From the IMG/VR virus record IMGVR_UViG_3300045454_000060, positions 1 to 64,000 of that record: DNA of 64,000 bases. One strand, given 5' to 3'. The notes beneath the pieces are model-generated. The model saw only the letters and a program-made list of their open reading frames with translations, ran no database searches and was not told the origin of the DNA. Position 1 is the stretch's first letter; each line of letters opens with the position of its first letter. This DNA is from a virus. Of this stretch, positions 56,082 to 64,000 are shown piece after piece. The translations under genes were made by a program, and so were the position numbers.

Positions 56082-59000
56082 ATGAGTTTTCCTTGGCTGA
56101 ACGCGCGCTCGCATTTCTCGGTCGGCGAGAGTCTGGCGGAGCCTGCAGCCCTGGCGAAGACGGCCGATCAGCTCGGCCTGTCGGGGATTCTGCTGTCCGA
56201 CACGATGAGCGTGTCCGGCATGCCGGAGCTGTTCACGTCAGCCAGCAAGCTGGCTTGCAAGCCCATGATCGGGGTCCGCCTGCGCGTCGTGCGCGGGCTC
56301 GAGAAGGACAAGGCTGCCGCGAAGAAGGATCAGCCGATGTTCCTGCGCGCGCTGGTGCTTGATCAGCGCGGCTGGGATGCCACGCTCGGGCTGCTCTCGC
56401 GTGCCTTCGACGACGACCATTTCTATAGCGTGCCGCGTCTGCTGCTTGCCGACGTGATCGCGGCATATGCCCCCGGGGGCGCAGCATTGACGCTAGGGGA
56501 TACCTACGGGGCGTTGTCGCAGGGGAGGGGGGCGGAAGTTGTCAAGGCATGCAGGGACGCGGGAATCCCGCTCTATGCCGAGACCACCCTGACCCCGACA
56601 CCCCTGGGCGTGCGCCTGTTCCGGGATGCGCTGTTCCTGCAGAGCTTCGGCGTGCCGACGCTGATCGCGCCGCTGGCGCTCTACGATGATGCCTCCCAGG
56701 CCGACACGTTGGATCTGATGGCGTCGATCGCGCGCAACATGCCGCTGGATGATCTGAGTCCGCGGCATCCGTATCGCGAGCACCACCTGCAGGAATGGGA
56801 GCGGCTGCGCCGGCGCCTGGCGGTGATGGTGAAGCTGGCCTCCGCTCGCTACGGGGCGGGCATGGACTGGACTGAGCGCGTGCGTGTGGCGATCGAGAGC
56901 ACGCGGGCGTTCCCGTCGCTGGTCAGTTTCGCCTGGCGGAAGATGCCGGTGTCGCTGCCGAAGATGGCCGATGACGAGTTTGCCGAGCTGGTCGGTCGTT
57001 GCCGGCAGGGCTGGCGGTCCCGCTTCGCGGGCGAGGTGTTCGGGCACCGACCGACGCTGGCAGAGCAGGGGCTCTATGCCGAGCGTCTGGCGCACGAGCT
57101 GAAGGTGATCAGGTCGCTCGGATTCGCCGCCTACTTCCTGTTGGTGGCCGATGTGGTGAATTGGGCCAAGTCGCAGGGGATTCGCGTCGGCCCGGGGCGG
57201 GGCAGCGTGGGCGGCAGCCTGATCGCCTATCTGATCGGCATCACCGATGTCGATCCGATCCGCTTCGGGCTGCTGTTCGAGCGCTTCATCAATCCGGAGC
57301 GCATCGACCTGCCCGACGCCGATCTTGATTTCGCTTCTTTGCGGCGCGACGAGGTCGTGCGCTACCTGAAGGATCGTTTCGGCGAGGACTATGTGGGCGG
57401 CGTGGTCAACTACAACAGCATGCAGGCCGCCGGGGCGCTGAAGGATGTGTGCCGCATGCTGGGGGTCGAGAACACCGGCCCCGCCTTCTCCAAGATCGTG
57501 CCGAAGGAGCACGGCGAGTCCTGGTCGATCGAGCAGGCGATCGCGGAGGTGCCGGAGCTCGCGGCTTTCGCCTCGCGTCATCCCGAGGTGATCCAACATG
57601 CCAGGGCTCTCGAGGGCAAGGTGCGCGCCTTCGGCAAGCACGCGGCCGGCATGATCGTCGCCGGCGTGCCGCTGCGCGAGCGTGCCGTGGTCGAGCGCCG
57701 CAACGGCGATGCCGTGATCAATTGGGATAAGCGTCTGGCGGAGGATTTCGGGCTGGTGAAGCTCGACGTGCTCGGCCTCTCCACGCTCGACATGCTGGAC
57801 ATCTCCCTGAGGCTGATCAGGGGGCGGCGCGGTCGATCGCTCGACCTCCTGACGATCCCGCTGGACGACGCGAAGACGCTGGATGCGTTCGGGCGCGGCG
57901 AGACGGTGGGCGTGTTCCAGTTCGAGAGCGCCGGCATGCGTCGGCTGCTGTGCGATCTCGCGGAGGGCGGCCGGCTGAGCTTCGAGGATCTGGCGGTCGC
58001 GACCGCGCTCTACCGTCCGGGCCCGATGGATTCCGGGCTGATGGAGGACTTCATCAAGATCCGCCAGGGCAAGAAGGTCGAGACCTACGACCACCCGTCG
58101 ATGCGCGAGGCGCTGCGCGAGACCAGGGGGGTGATGGTCTACCAGGAACAGGTCATGCAGGTCGCGCGCGACTTCGCCGGCTTCTCGATGCCCGAGTCGG
58201 ATACGCTTCGCAAGGCCATGGGGAAGAAATCGAAGGATCTCATGGCAAAGTTTAAGGAGAAGTTCCTGGACGGCGCCGTGCTCATGCATGGCGTGCCCGC
58301 CGCGCTCGCCCAGGAGGTGTTCGATCGGATCGCCAAGTTCGCGGCATACGGGTTCAACAAGAGCCATGCCGTGGAGTATGCGCTGATCTCCTACCAGACC
58401 ATGTATGTGAAGCAGCACTACCCGGTGGAGTTCTGGGCCGGGGTGCTGACGATGGTCAAGGAGGATCGGCGCGACGCCTGCCTGGCCGATATGGGGCGGA
58501 TGGGAATCCGGCTGCTGCCACCCGACGTGAACAACTCCGGGGTCACGTTCGTGGCGCTGAACGATGCCGTGCTGTTGGCACCCTTCTCGGCGCTCAAGGG
58601 GCTGAGCGATCGCACGGCCGCCGCCATTGTGCAGGCGCGCGAAAGCGGCGGACCCTTCCAGTCGATGCAGGACTTCGAGGAACGCTGCGGCGGACGCAAC
58701 TGCACATCCCGACAGCGCGAGATCCTCGACAGGGTGGGTGCCTTCGCGCGCATCGAGCCGGGGCAGAAGCCGGCGGATGATCCGTCGCGGCGGGCGGACC
58801 AGGTGGAGTTCCTGCAGGGTCTGGTGAGCGAGGCCGTGATCGTCGATCGTCCGCTCGATCTGAGCGACAAGGCGATGGAAAGCCTGGACGATCTGGTGAA
58901 CGGCTGGAGGGGCTGCACGCTTTGCGAGCTGGCCGGGAAGTGCCATCCCAGATCCTATCTCAATGGCCCGGCGCGCGTGATGCTGGTGGTCGATGGACCG

Positions 59001-59432
59001 AACTATCGCGAGGAGGCCGATGACGAGCTCGGGCGTGGCTCGCATGTCGCGGCGCTTGAGCAGGCGCTCGAAGGGGTCGGCCTGACGCTGAACGAGACCT
59101 ATCTGACGGCGCTGATCAAGAGCCCGAAGCCGGAAAAGAGCAAGGTGTGGCCGACCAAGACGCTCGCCGAATGCCCCGTCTGGCTCGAGCGGGAGATCGA
59201 GGTTCTGAAGCCGCCGGTGGTCGTCGTGCTCGGCAGTTTGACCTTCAAGCACTTCTTCCCTGGCATGAAGGGCGGGATCAACGAGCATGCCGGGCGGGTG
59301 ATCTACGACAAGGGCAGGAAGCTCAACTTCCTGATCGGCATCAACCCGAACGCGATTCACTTCGACGCCTCGAAGCAGAATATTTTGAACGGAGTGATCG
59401 CGAAACTACCTGACATCCTGCCTTTCGCTTGA
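56082..59432 (+). CDS. dnaE: DNA polymerase III alpha subunit with a C-terminal UDG-like domain
   Basis: PHP-like N-terminus, GPGRGSVGGS, PDADLD, KLDVLGL and GFNKSHA; C-terminal CTLC...LTALIK...CPVWLEREIEVLKPPVVVVLG. Confidence 0.93.
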   Translation: MSFPWLNARSHFSVGESLAEPAALAKTADQLGLSGILLSDTMSVSGMPELFTSASKLACKPMIGVRLRVVRGLEKDKAAAKKDQPMFLRALVLDQRGWDATLGLLSRAFDDDHFYSVPRLLLADVIAAYAPGGAALTLGDTYGALSQGRGAEVVKACRDAGIPLYAETTLTPTPLGVRLFRDALFLQSFGVPTLIAPLALYDDASQADTLDLMASIARNMPLDDLSPRHPYREHHLQEWERLRRRLAVMVKLASARYGAGMDWTERVRVAIESTRAFPSLVSFAWRKMPVSLPKMADDEFAELVGRCRQGWRSRFAGEVFGHRPTLAEQGLYAERLAHELKVIRSLGFAAYFLLVADVVNWAKSQGIRVGPGRGSVGGSLIAYLIGITDVDPIRFGLLFERFINPERIDLPDADLDFASLRRDEVVRYLKDRFGEDYVGGVVNYNSMQAAGALKDVCRMLGVENTGPAFSKIVPKEHGESWSIEQAIAEVPELAAFASRHPEVIQHARALEGKVRAFGKHAAGMIVAGVPLRERAVVERRNGDAVINWDKRLAEDFGLVKLDVLGLSTLDMLDISLRLIRGRRGRSLDLLTIPLDDAKTLDAFGRGETVGVFQFESAGMRRLLCDLAEGGRLSFEDLAVATALYRPGPMDSGLMEDFIKIRQGKKVETYDHPSMREALRETRGVMVYQEQVMQVARDFAGFSMPESDTLRKAMGKKSKDLMAKFKEKFLDGAVLMHGVPAALAQEVFDRIAKFAAYGFNKSHAVEYALISYQTMYVKQHYPVEFWAGVLTMVKEDRRDACLADMGRMGIRLLPPDVNNSGVTFVALNDAVLLAPFSALKGLSDRTAAAIVQARESGGPFQSMQDFEERCGGRNCTSRQREILDRVGAFARIEPGQKPADDPSRRADQVEFLQGLVSEAVIVDRPLDLSDKAMESLDDLVNGWRGCTLCELAGKCHPRSYLNGPARVMLVVDGPNYREEADDELGRGSHVAALEQALEGVGLTLNETYLTALIKSPKPEKSKVWPTKTLAECPVWLEREIEVLKPPVVVVLGSLTFKHFFPGMKGGINEHAGRVIYDKGRKLNFLIGINPNAIHFDASKQNILNGVIAKLPDILPFA

Positions 59433-59472
59433 TATACACTGCCAGTCAGCACTGAGCTATGGAGCAAAGACG

Positions 59473-59931
59473 ATGACGGTTGAGATCACTCTCGACCACG
59501 AGAGGTTCCATCGGGACGTCGCCATCGACGGCAACGACCTGAACAGGGGTTTCCTGGAGCATGCCGGGCTGTTCGCCTACTACGCCTCCGCGCATGTGAA
59601 GGCGATGCGCGCGGAGGGCCAGGCCAAGATTCGCGTCGAGCTGACCGAGTCGAAGGTGGGCAAGGCGCTGCGCGAAAAGGCGCTCGCCGACGGGACGAAG
59701 ATGACCGAGAAGCAGCTCGAGGAGCTGGTCAGCCTGGATGCCGAGGTCATCAAGGCGCGTCTCGCCTATGTGAACGCGAAGGCGACCACGCAGCTCGCGC
59801 AGCATGCGGTCGAGGCCTTCCGGCAGCGGCGCGACATGCTGATCCAGATCGGCGCGTCGGCGCGCGAGGAGCTGAAGGGGGATGTGCGCGCGGCGAATGT
59901 CGAGCGTCTGCGCGGCATGATCGGCGCCTAG
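59473..59931 (+). CDS. Coiled-coil protein (UvsY-like recombination mediator candidate)
   Basis: KMTEKQLEE...AFRQRRDMLIQ; located next to SSB and RecA. Confidence 0.5.
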   Translation: MTVEITLDHERFHRDVAIDGNDLNRGFLEHAGLFAYYASAHVKAMRAEGQAKIRVELTESKVGKALREKALADGTKMTEKQLEELVSLDAEVIKARLAYVNAKATTQLAQHAVEAFRQRRDMLIQIGASAREELKGDVRAANVERLRGMIGA

Positions 59932-60081
59932 GATTCGCGACGCGGCACCTGAAGAAAGTCGGGGAGTATAACTCACGGCTGAGCTATAATATGGGGCGAG
60001 CGTGCCTTCGGGCAGGTTCATGAACGGAAGCACTGCAAGCACCGCAAGGACAGCAAGCACAGAAAGGACCAGGTAGCACCA

Positions 60082-61044
60082 ATGGACATGAACAAGCTGA
60101 TGGCGATGGTCAAGGCGCGACAGGCCGAGATCGACGCCAGGAAGACCGCCGGGACGCAGTTCGCCGAGATCCCGCAGGGCCAGTCCCGCTGGCGCATTCT
60201 CCCGGGCTGGCGCAAGGATGCCCCGGAGGTCTACTTCCACGATTTCGGGCAGCACTGGATCAAGGACGAGAACGGCAAGCCGATCGCCGTCTATGTCTGC
60301 GACTGGGATACCTTCGCGCGCCCGTGCGAGATCTGCGAGGTGGTCAAGACCGCGATCCGCGCGACGAAGGACGACAAGACGCTGCAGGCGCTCAAGGAGA
60401 TGGCGAGCAAGCGGCGCGTGCTCGTCAACGCTCTGCAGATCCAGGGGCCGAATGCTGATCCCGGCAAGCCCGTGCTGGTGGCGCTGCCCTATTCGATCGG
60501 CACGCGCTTCCACGAGCTGTTCGCCGCTCGGCTCGGTGACGAGATCAACATGCTCGACCTCAGCGACGGCCGCGACATCATCATCAACCGCACCGGCTCG
60601 GGCTTCAACACCGAGTATTCGCTGACCGACGCGGCGAAGAACACGGCGGTCGATCCGGCGGTGATGGCCAAGCTGATCGACATCGACGCCTTCATCGAGG
60701 CTGAGCGCAACAAGGGGCTGCAGAAGGGCACGGCGCCGGTCAACAACGCGATCCGCTCCGTGCTCAAGGGGCTGCTCGCCGGCCCCGCTGGGCGGAGCTC
60801 GCTGGTCGCGGCGGCGGCGCCGGCGATCGCCGCCCCGAGCCCTCTGCTCGAGAGCCCGGTCGCTGCCCCGGTCGTCGCGGTGGCCGCTCCGACACCGGCT
60901 GCCGCTCCGACACCGGCTGCCGCTCCGACACCGGCTGCCGCTCCGACACCGGCACCCGCTGCCGCTGCTGCCGCTGCTACCGGGTTCGGTGAGGTGCTGA
61001 GCGACCAGGAGCTGATGAAGCTGCTGGGCGAGATCGGCTCCTGA
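60082..61044 (+). CDS. ssDNA-binding protein (gp32-like)
   Basis: RWRILPGW, HW, C...PCEIC Zn motif and GRDIIINRTG...TEY; flexible tail. Confidence 0.7.
   Translation: MDMNKLMAMVKARQAEIDARKTAGTQFAEIPQGQSRWRILPGWRKDAPEVYFHDFGQHWIKDENGKPIAVYVCDWDTFARPCEICEVVKTAIRATKDDKTLQALKEMASKRRVLVNALQIQGPNADPGKPVLVALPYSIGTRFHELFAARLGDEINMLDLSDGRDIIINRTGSGFNTEYSLTDAAKNTAVDPAVMAKLIDIDAFIEAERNKGLQKGTAPVNNAIRSVLKGLLAGPAGRSSLVAAAAPAIAAPSPLLESPVAAPVVAVAAPTPAAAPTPAAAPTPAAAPTPAPAAAAAAATGFGEVLSDQELMKLLGEIGS
60883..60953 (+). repeat. 4x18-bp in-frame repeat (AAPTPA)
   Basis: GCCGCTCCGACACCGGCT tandem copies. Confidence 0.9.
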
Positions 61045-61080
61045 CGGGGAGGGGAGGGGCCCTATGGCCCCTCCCATGCC

Positions 61081-62007
61081 ATGAGGACGTTTCCGCGTTC
61101 GGTTGTGCTGATCGACGGCAACAACCTGGGGTTCGCTGCGCAGATGAGCGGCGGCGCCAGGTTGTCTGTCGGCGCACTGGAGACCACAGCCCTCTATGGC
61201 TTCCTGCGCGCCTTGCGCAAGCTGCGCGAGGAACATGCGGGCAAGCCGATCGTGCTCTGGGATGGGCGTTCCTGGCGCTACGAGGAATACCCGGATTACA
61301 AGGCCGGGCGCGACGACAGACCTGAGATGCGCGAATTGAGGCAGAGCTGGAGTGCGGCGCGACCGATGGTGGCTGGCGCGCTGCGCGATCTCGGGGTGAG
61401 CCAGGTGATCGCGGCGAATATGGAGGCCGACGACATGGCCGCCAGGATGCGGCGTGTCTATGCCGATCACGGCACGACGGTCACGCTGATTTCGTCGGAT
61501 CACGACTGGCTGCAGCTTGTTGGCGAGGGCGTGTCCCTGTTCGATCCCCGCAAGGCGCGGCATGTCACGCTTGCGAGCTTCGAGGATCACGTGAAGCTGC
61601 CGAGCCCGATGGCGCTTGCCGAGATGAAGGCGTTGGTCGGCGACAAGTCGGACAACATTCCCGGCGTCGGCGGCATCGGCGAGAAGACCGCGCAGGCCAT
61701 TCTTGCGCGATGGGGGTCGGTGCCGGCCTTCGTGGGCGCGCTGCGGGACAATCTTGATCTTCGTCTCGACTGTGATCGTCGCCAGCTCAGTCTGGTTGAT
61801 GACCCCGACAAGATGGCGCGCTTCGCGCGCAACATGCGCCTGATCTGGCTCGATCATGTGGATGCCCCGGAGACCAAGGGTGCGCGGCATATCGGCGGTG
61901 CGCTCAATCGCGAGGCATTCGCGCGATGCTGCGAGGAGTGGGCCTTCGTCAGCATCCTGAAGTCCCTGGACGAGTGGGTTCAGCCCTTTGCCCGAAAGGA
62001 TCACTGA
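61081..62007 (+). CDS. 5'-3' exonuclease / flap endonuclease (PolI N-terminal-like)
   Basis: LIDGNN, YPDYKAGR, EADD, SSDHDWLQL and GDKSDNIPGVGGIGEKTA. Confidence 0.92.
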   Translation: MRTFPRSVVLIDGNNLGFAAQMSGGARLSVGALETTALYGFLRALRKLREEHAGKPIVLWDGRSWRYEEYPDYKAGRDDRPEMRELRQSWSAARPMVAGALRDLGVSQVIAANMEADDMAARMRRVYADHGTTVTLISSDHDWLQLVGEGVSLFDPRKARHVTLASFEDHVKLPSPMALAEMKALVGDKSDNIPGVGGIGEKTAQAILARWGSVPAFVGALRDNLDLRLDCDRRQLSLVDDPDKMARFARNMRLIWLDHVDAPETKGARHIGGALNREAFARCCEEWAFVSILKSLDEWVQPFARKDH

Positions 62008-62010
62008 CGA

Positions 62011-64000
62011 ATGACTGACTTCGCCAAGCTGGCTGCGGCGCTCGAGAAGGCCGCCGGCGGCAATGACGAGACGCAGGGGCCGATCGCGCTTCTGGATTCC
62101 GGCTTCGCGCCGCTGAACTACGCCATCTCCGGGCGCTGGGATGGCGGATTCCCGAGCGGCCGGATCGTAGAACTGTTCGGTCCCGAAAGCTCTGGGAAGT
62201 GCCTGACTGCCGGCACCTACCTGCTCGGCGAGCATGGTCTGGCGACCATCGAGGAGCTCTGGGGGCTGCGCGGCTTCACGGCAAGCTCGCGTCAGCACGA
62301 GGAGCCGGTGGTTCATCATCTGCTGAATGAGCTGGGCGAGCTGGAGCCGACCAGCCACTTCGTCTGGAACGGCCGGCGTCGGTTCCTGCGTCTCGTCACG
62401 CGCTCCGGGCGTGTGCTCGAGGCGACTGCGCGGCATCCCGTGCGGGTGATGAATGAGCGCGGGCGCATCGTCTGGCGGCATGCCGAGAAGGTCAGGGTCG
62501 GCGATCATCTGCCGACGCTGCGCGGGCAGAAGCTCGGCGGGTCCGGGACGCTTGAGACCGACGAGGCGCGCATGCTCGGCTACCTTGTTGCCGACGGCTA
62601 CTACGGCGACACGGGTCGGTTCTCGCTGTCCAACTCCGATCCCGAAATCGTGAATGACTGTCGGGCGTTGCTTCGTCGCTATCTGGGCGTCGACCCCAAG
62701 AGCACGCCGCCGCGCGAGGACAGCGCTTCGGTCGAGCATTGGGTGTATTCCGTCGAGTTGCGGCGGATTCTTCACGACCGCTATGGGCTGAGGCCGGTTC
62801 TGTCCAAGGACAAGATCGTGCCGCTGGCAGTTCGCGTGGCGAGCATCGAAGCGCAGCGTGCCTTCATTCGCGCCTACGTGGAATGCGAGGCTGCGATCAA
62901 TCCGGGGACGTGCATCGAGGTGTGCTCGGCGTCCCATGAGCTGCTGCGCCAGATTCAGTTGATGCTGCTCAACCTGGGCGTGTATGCGACCGTGCACGAC
63001 AAGCCTGTTGCGGGTCGCGAGCATGTCTATCGTCGGCTTGCGATCAGTGGGGCCGACTATGACCGCTACGGGCAGGAGATTGGCTTCGGCACGACTGCTC
63101 GCCAGGCGCAGTTCCGATCGCGCAGTGTCGCGATGGAGCGCACTTATTCGGACTGCATCCCGAATCTCGGCGGCATTCTGCGCGATCTTTTCGAGGCATC
63201 CGATACGGATCGCGAAGCCTCCTCGCTGCTCGAAGGCTACATGGGCGAGGGTGCGACGGCGATCGGGCGGGATCGGCTGCAGCGGGTGATCGCCTATTTC
63301 GGCGGGCGTCCCAATGCCTTCAATGTCGGTCTTGTGGCGTATCTGCGTCAGCTTGCGGCGCTGAACTATGCCTATGACGAGGTGGTTGCCGTCGAGGAGG
63401 GCGATGCGCCCACCTTCGACGTGGCGATGCCGGGGACGCACTCGTTCTGGTCGAATGGCTTCATCAGTCACAACACCTGGCTGGCAACGCAGGCGATGAT
63501 CGCCGCGCAGCGTGTGGGCGGTGTCGCCGGCTTCCACGATCACGAGCGCAGCTTCGTCTCGGCGGTCGCCGAGCGTCTCGGGCTCGATCTCACGCCCGGC
63601 CGCTTCTTCTTCAAGACCCCGGAGAGCTACGAGCAGTCGGTGGTGCACTTCATCAAGGCGACCACGGCCGTGCGCGAGGCGAAGGTGCTCGATCCCAAGA
63701 CGCCGCTCTGCTGGGTGTTCGACAGCCTGGCCTCGATGGTGCCGCAGCAGCGCATCGCCAAGGATGCGACCGAGCTGAACATGAACGACACCACGGCACT
63801 CGCGCGCCTGACCTCGACCACCTTCCCCTCGATCGCGCAGATCGCCGAGAAGAACAACGTGCTGGTGCTGGTGCTGAATCAGATCCGCCTCAAGCCCGGT
63901 GTCGTTTATGGCGACCCCACCACCACCCCGGGCGGCAACGCGCCAAAATACTACGCCTCCGTGCGCATCCAGCTTGCTGCCTCGCGTCTGATGAAGGACG
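62011..64000 (+). CDS. recA: RecA-like recombinase interrupted by an intein; truncated by the window end
   Basis: GRIVELFGPESSGK|T, VFDSLASM, LNQIR and YGDPTTTPGG motifs; absent from the ORF track because it has no stop in the window. Confidence 0.9.
   Translation, partial: MTDFAKLAAALEKAAGGNDETQGPIALLDSGFAPLNYAISGRWDGGFPSGRIVELFGPESSGKCLTAGTYLLGEHGLATIEELWGLRGFTASSRQHEEPVVHHLLNELGELEPTSHFVWNGRRRFLRLVTRSGRVLEATARHPVRVMNERGRIVWRHAEKVRVGDHLPTLRGQKLGGSGTLETDEARMLGYLVADGYYGDTGRFSLSNSDPEIVNDCRALLRRYLGVDPKSTPPREDSASVEHWVYSVELRRILHDRYGLRPVLSKDKIVPLAVRVASIEAQRAFIRAYVECEAAINPGTCIEVCSASHELLRQIQLMLLNLGVYATVHDKPVAGREHVYRRLAISGADYDRYGQEIGFGTTARQAQFRSRSVAMERTYSDCIPNLGGILRDLFEASDTDREASSLLEGYMGEGATAIGRDRLQRVIAYFGGRPNAFNVGLVAYLRQLAALNYAYDEVVAVEEGDAPTFDVAMPGTHSFWSNGFISHNTWLATQAMIAAQRVGGVAGFHDHERSFVSAVAERLGLDLTPGRFFFKTPESYEQSVVHFIKATTAVREAKVLDPKTPLCWVFDSLASMVPQQRIAKDATELNMNDTTALARLTSTTFPSIAQIAEKNNVLVLVLNQIRLKPGVVYGDPTTTPGGNAPKYYASVRIQLAASRLMKD
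62200..63474 (+). mobile_element. Intein with a LAGLIDADG homing endonuclease (425 aa) in the RecA P-loop
   Basis: Starts CLTAGT after GK; TARH block B; LGYLVADG and FIRAYVECE; ends SHN followed by Thr. Confidence 0.92.

Larger units (their letters stand above)
1..64000. mobile_element. Phage-plasmid (siphovirus-like prophage with RepA/ParA plasmid replicon), SSU5/pHCM2-like gene content; partial
   Basis: Terminase, portal, capsid, tail and lysis genes occur together with RepA, iterons, ParA, DnaE, DnaB, primase, RecA, CobS/CobT-like and PhoH genes; no host housekeeping context and no integrase seen. Confidence 0.9.

Overview
This window is about 64 kb of one GC-rich phage-plasmid, i.e. a siphovirus-type prophage that carries its own plasmid replicon. 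No host chromosomal genes, integrase, tRNA or CRISPR were recognised. The gene set resembles SSU5/pHCM2-type phage-plasmids (recognised from memory, not searched), and the GANTC-rich origin suggests an alphaproteobacterial host. Order along the window: (1) a compositionally odd left region of about 2.7 kb; (2) a leftward block with DUF4031, SLOG, Ntn-hydrolase, dNMP kinase and an SF2 helicase; (3) a module of two ParB/Srx proteins, a soluble ABC ATPase, a HAD phosphatase and a Mom-like GNAT, directly upstream of the terminase; (4) head, head-accessory and tail genes, with a -1 frameshifted tail chaperone, tape measure and lambda M/L/K/J-like tip; (5) lysis genes, a metallophosphoesterase, PhoH, a highly structured non-coding RNA candidate, DnaB and primase; (6) RepA with an iteron/DnaA-box origin and a ParA/RHH partition pair; (7) an XRE repressor, a VWA/MoxR (CobT/CobS-like) pair, a sigma-like protein, DnaE fused to a UDG-like domain, an SSB-like protein, a 5'-3' exonuclease and an intein-containing RecA that runs off the right end. 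The most striking unexplained signal is a ~1.55 kb island (~1012-2564) in which the pentamer context H-G-G-N-B is almost absent on both strands (about 1 exception among ~100 GG/CC runs, manual count). Its geometry parallels the Mu Mom target (S-A-S-N-Y), so it may be the footprint of the phage's own ParB-ABC-GNAT DNA-modification system. Other notable signals are a TCA-N4-TGA operator in nearly every intergenic gap, two chromosomal-type parS sites and a ~260-nt multi-hairpin RNA.
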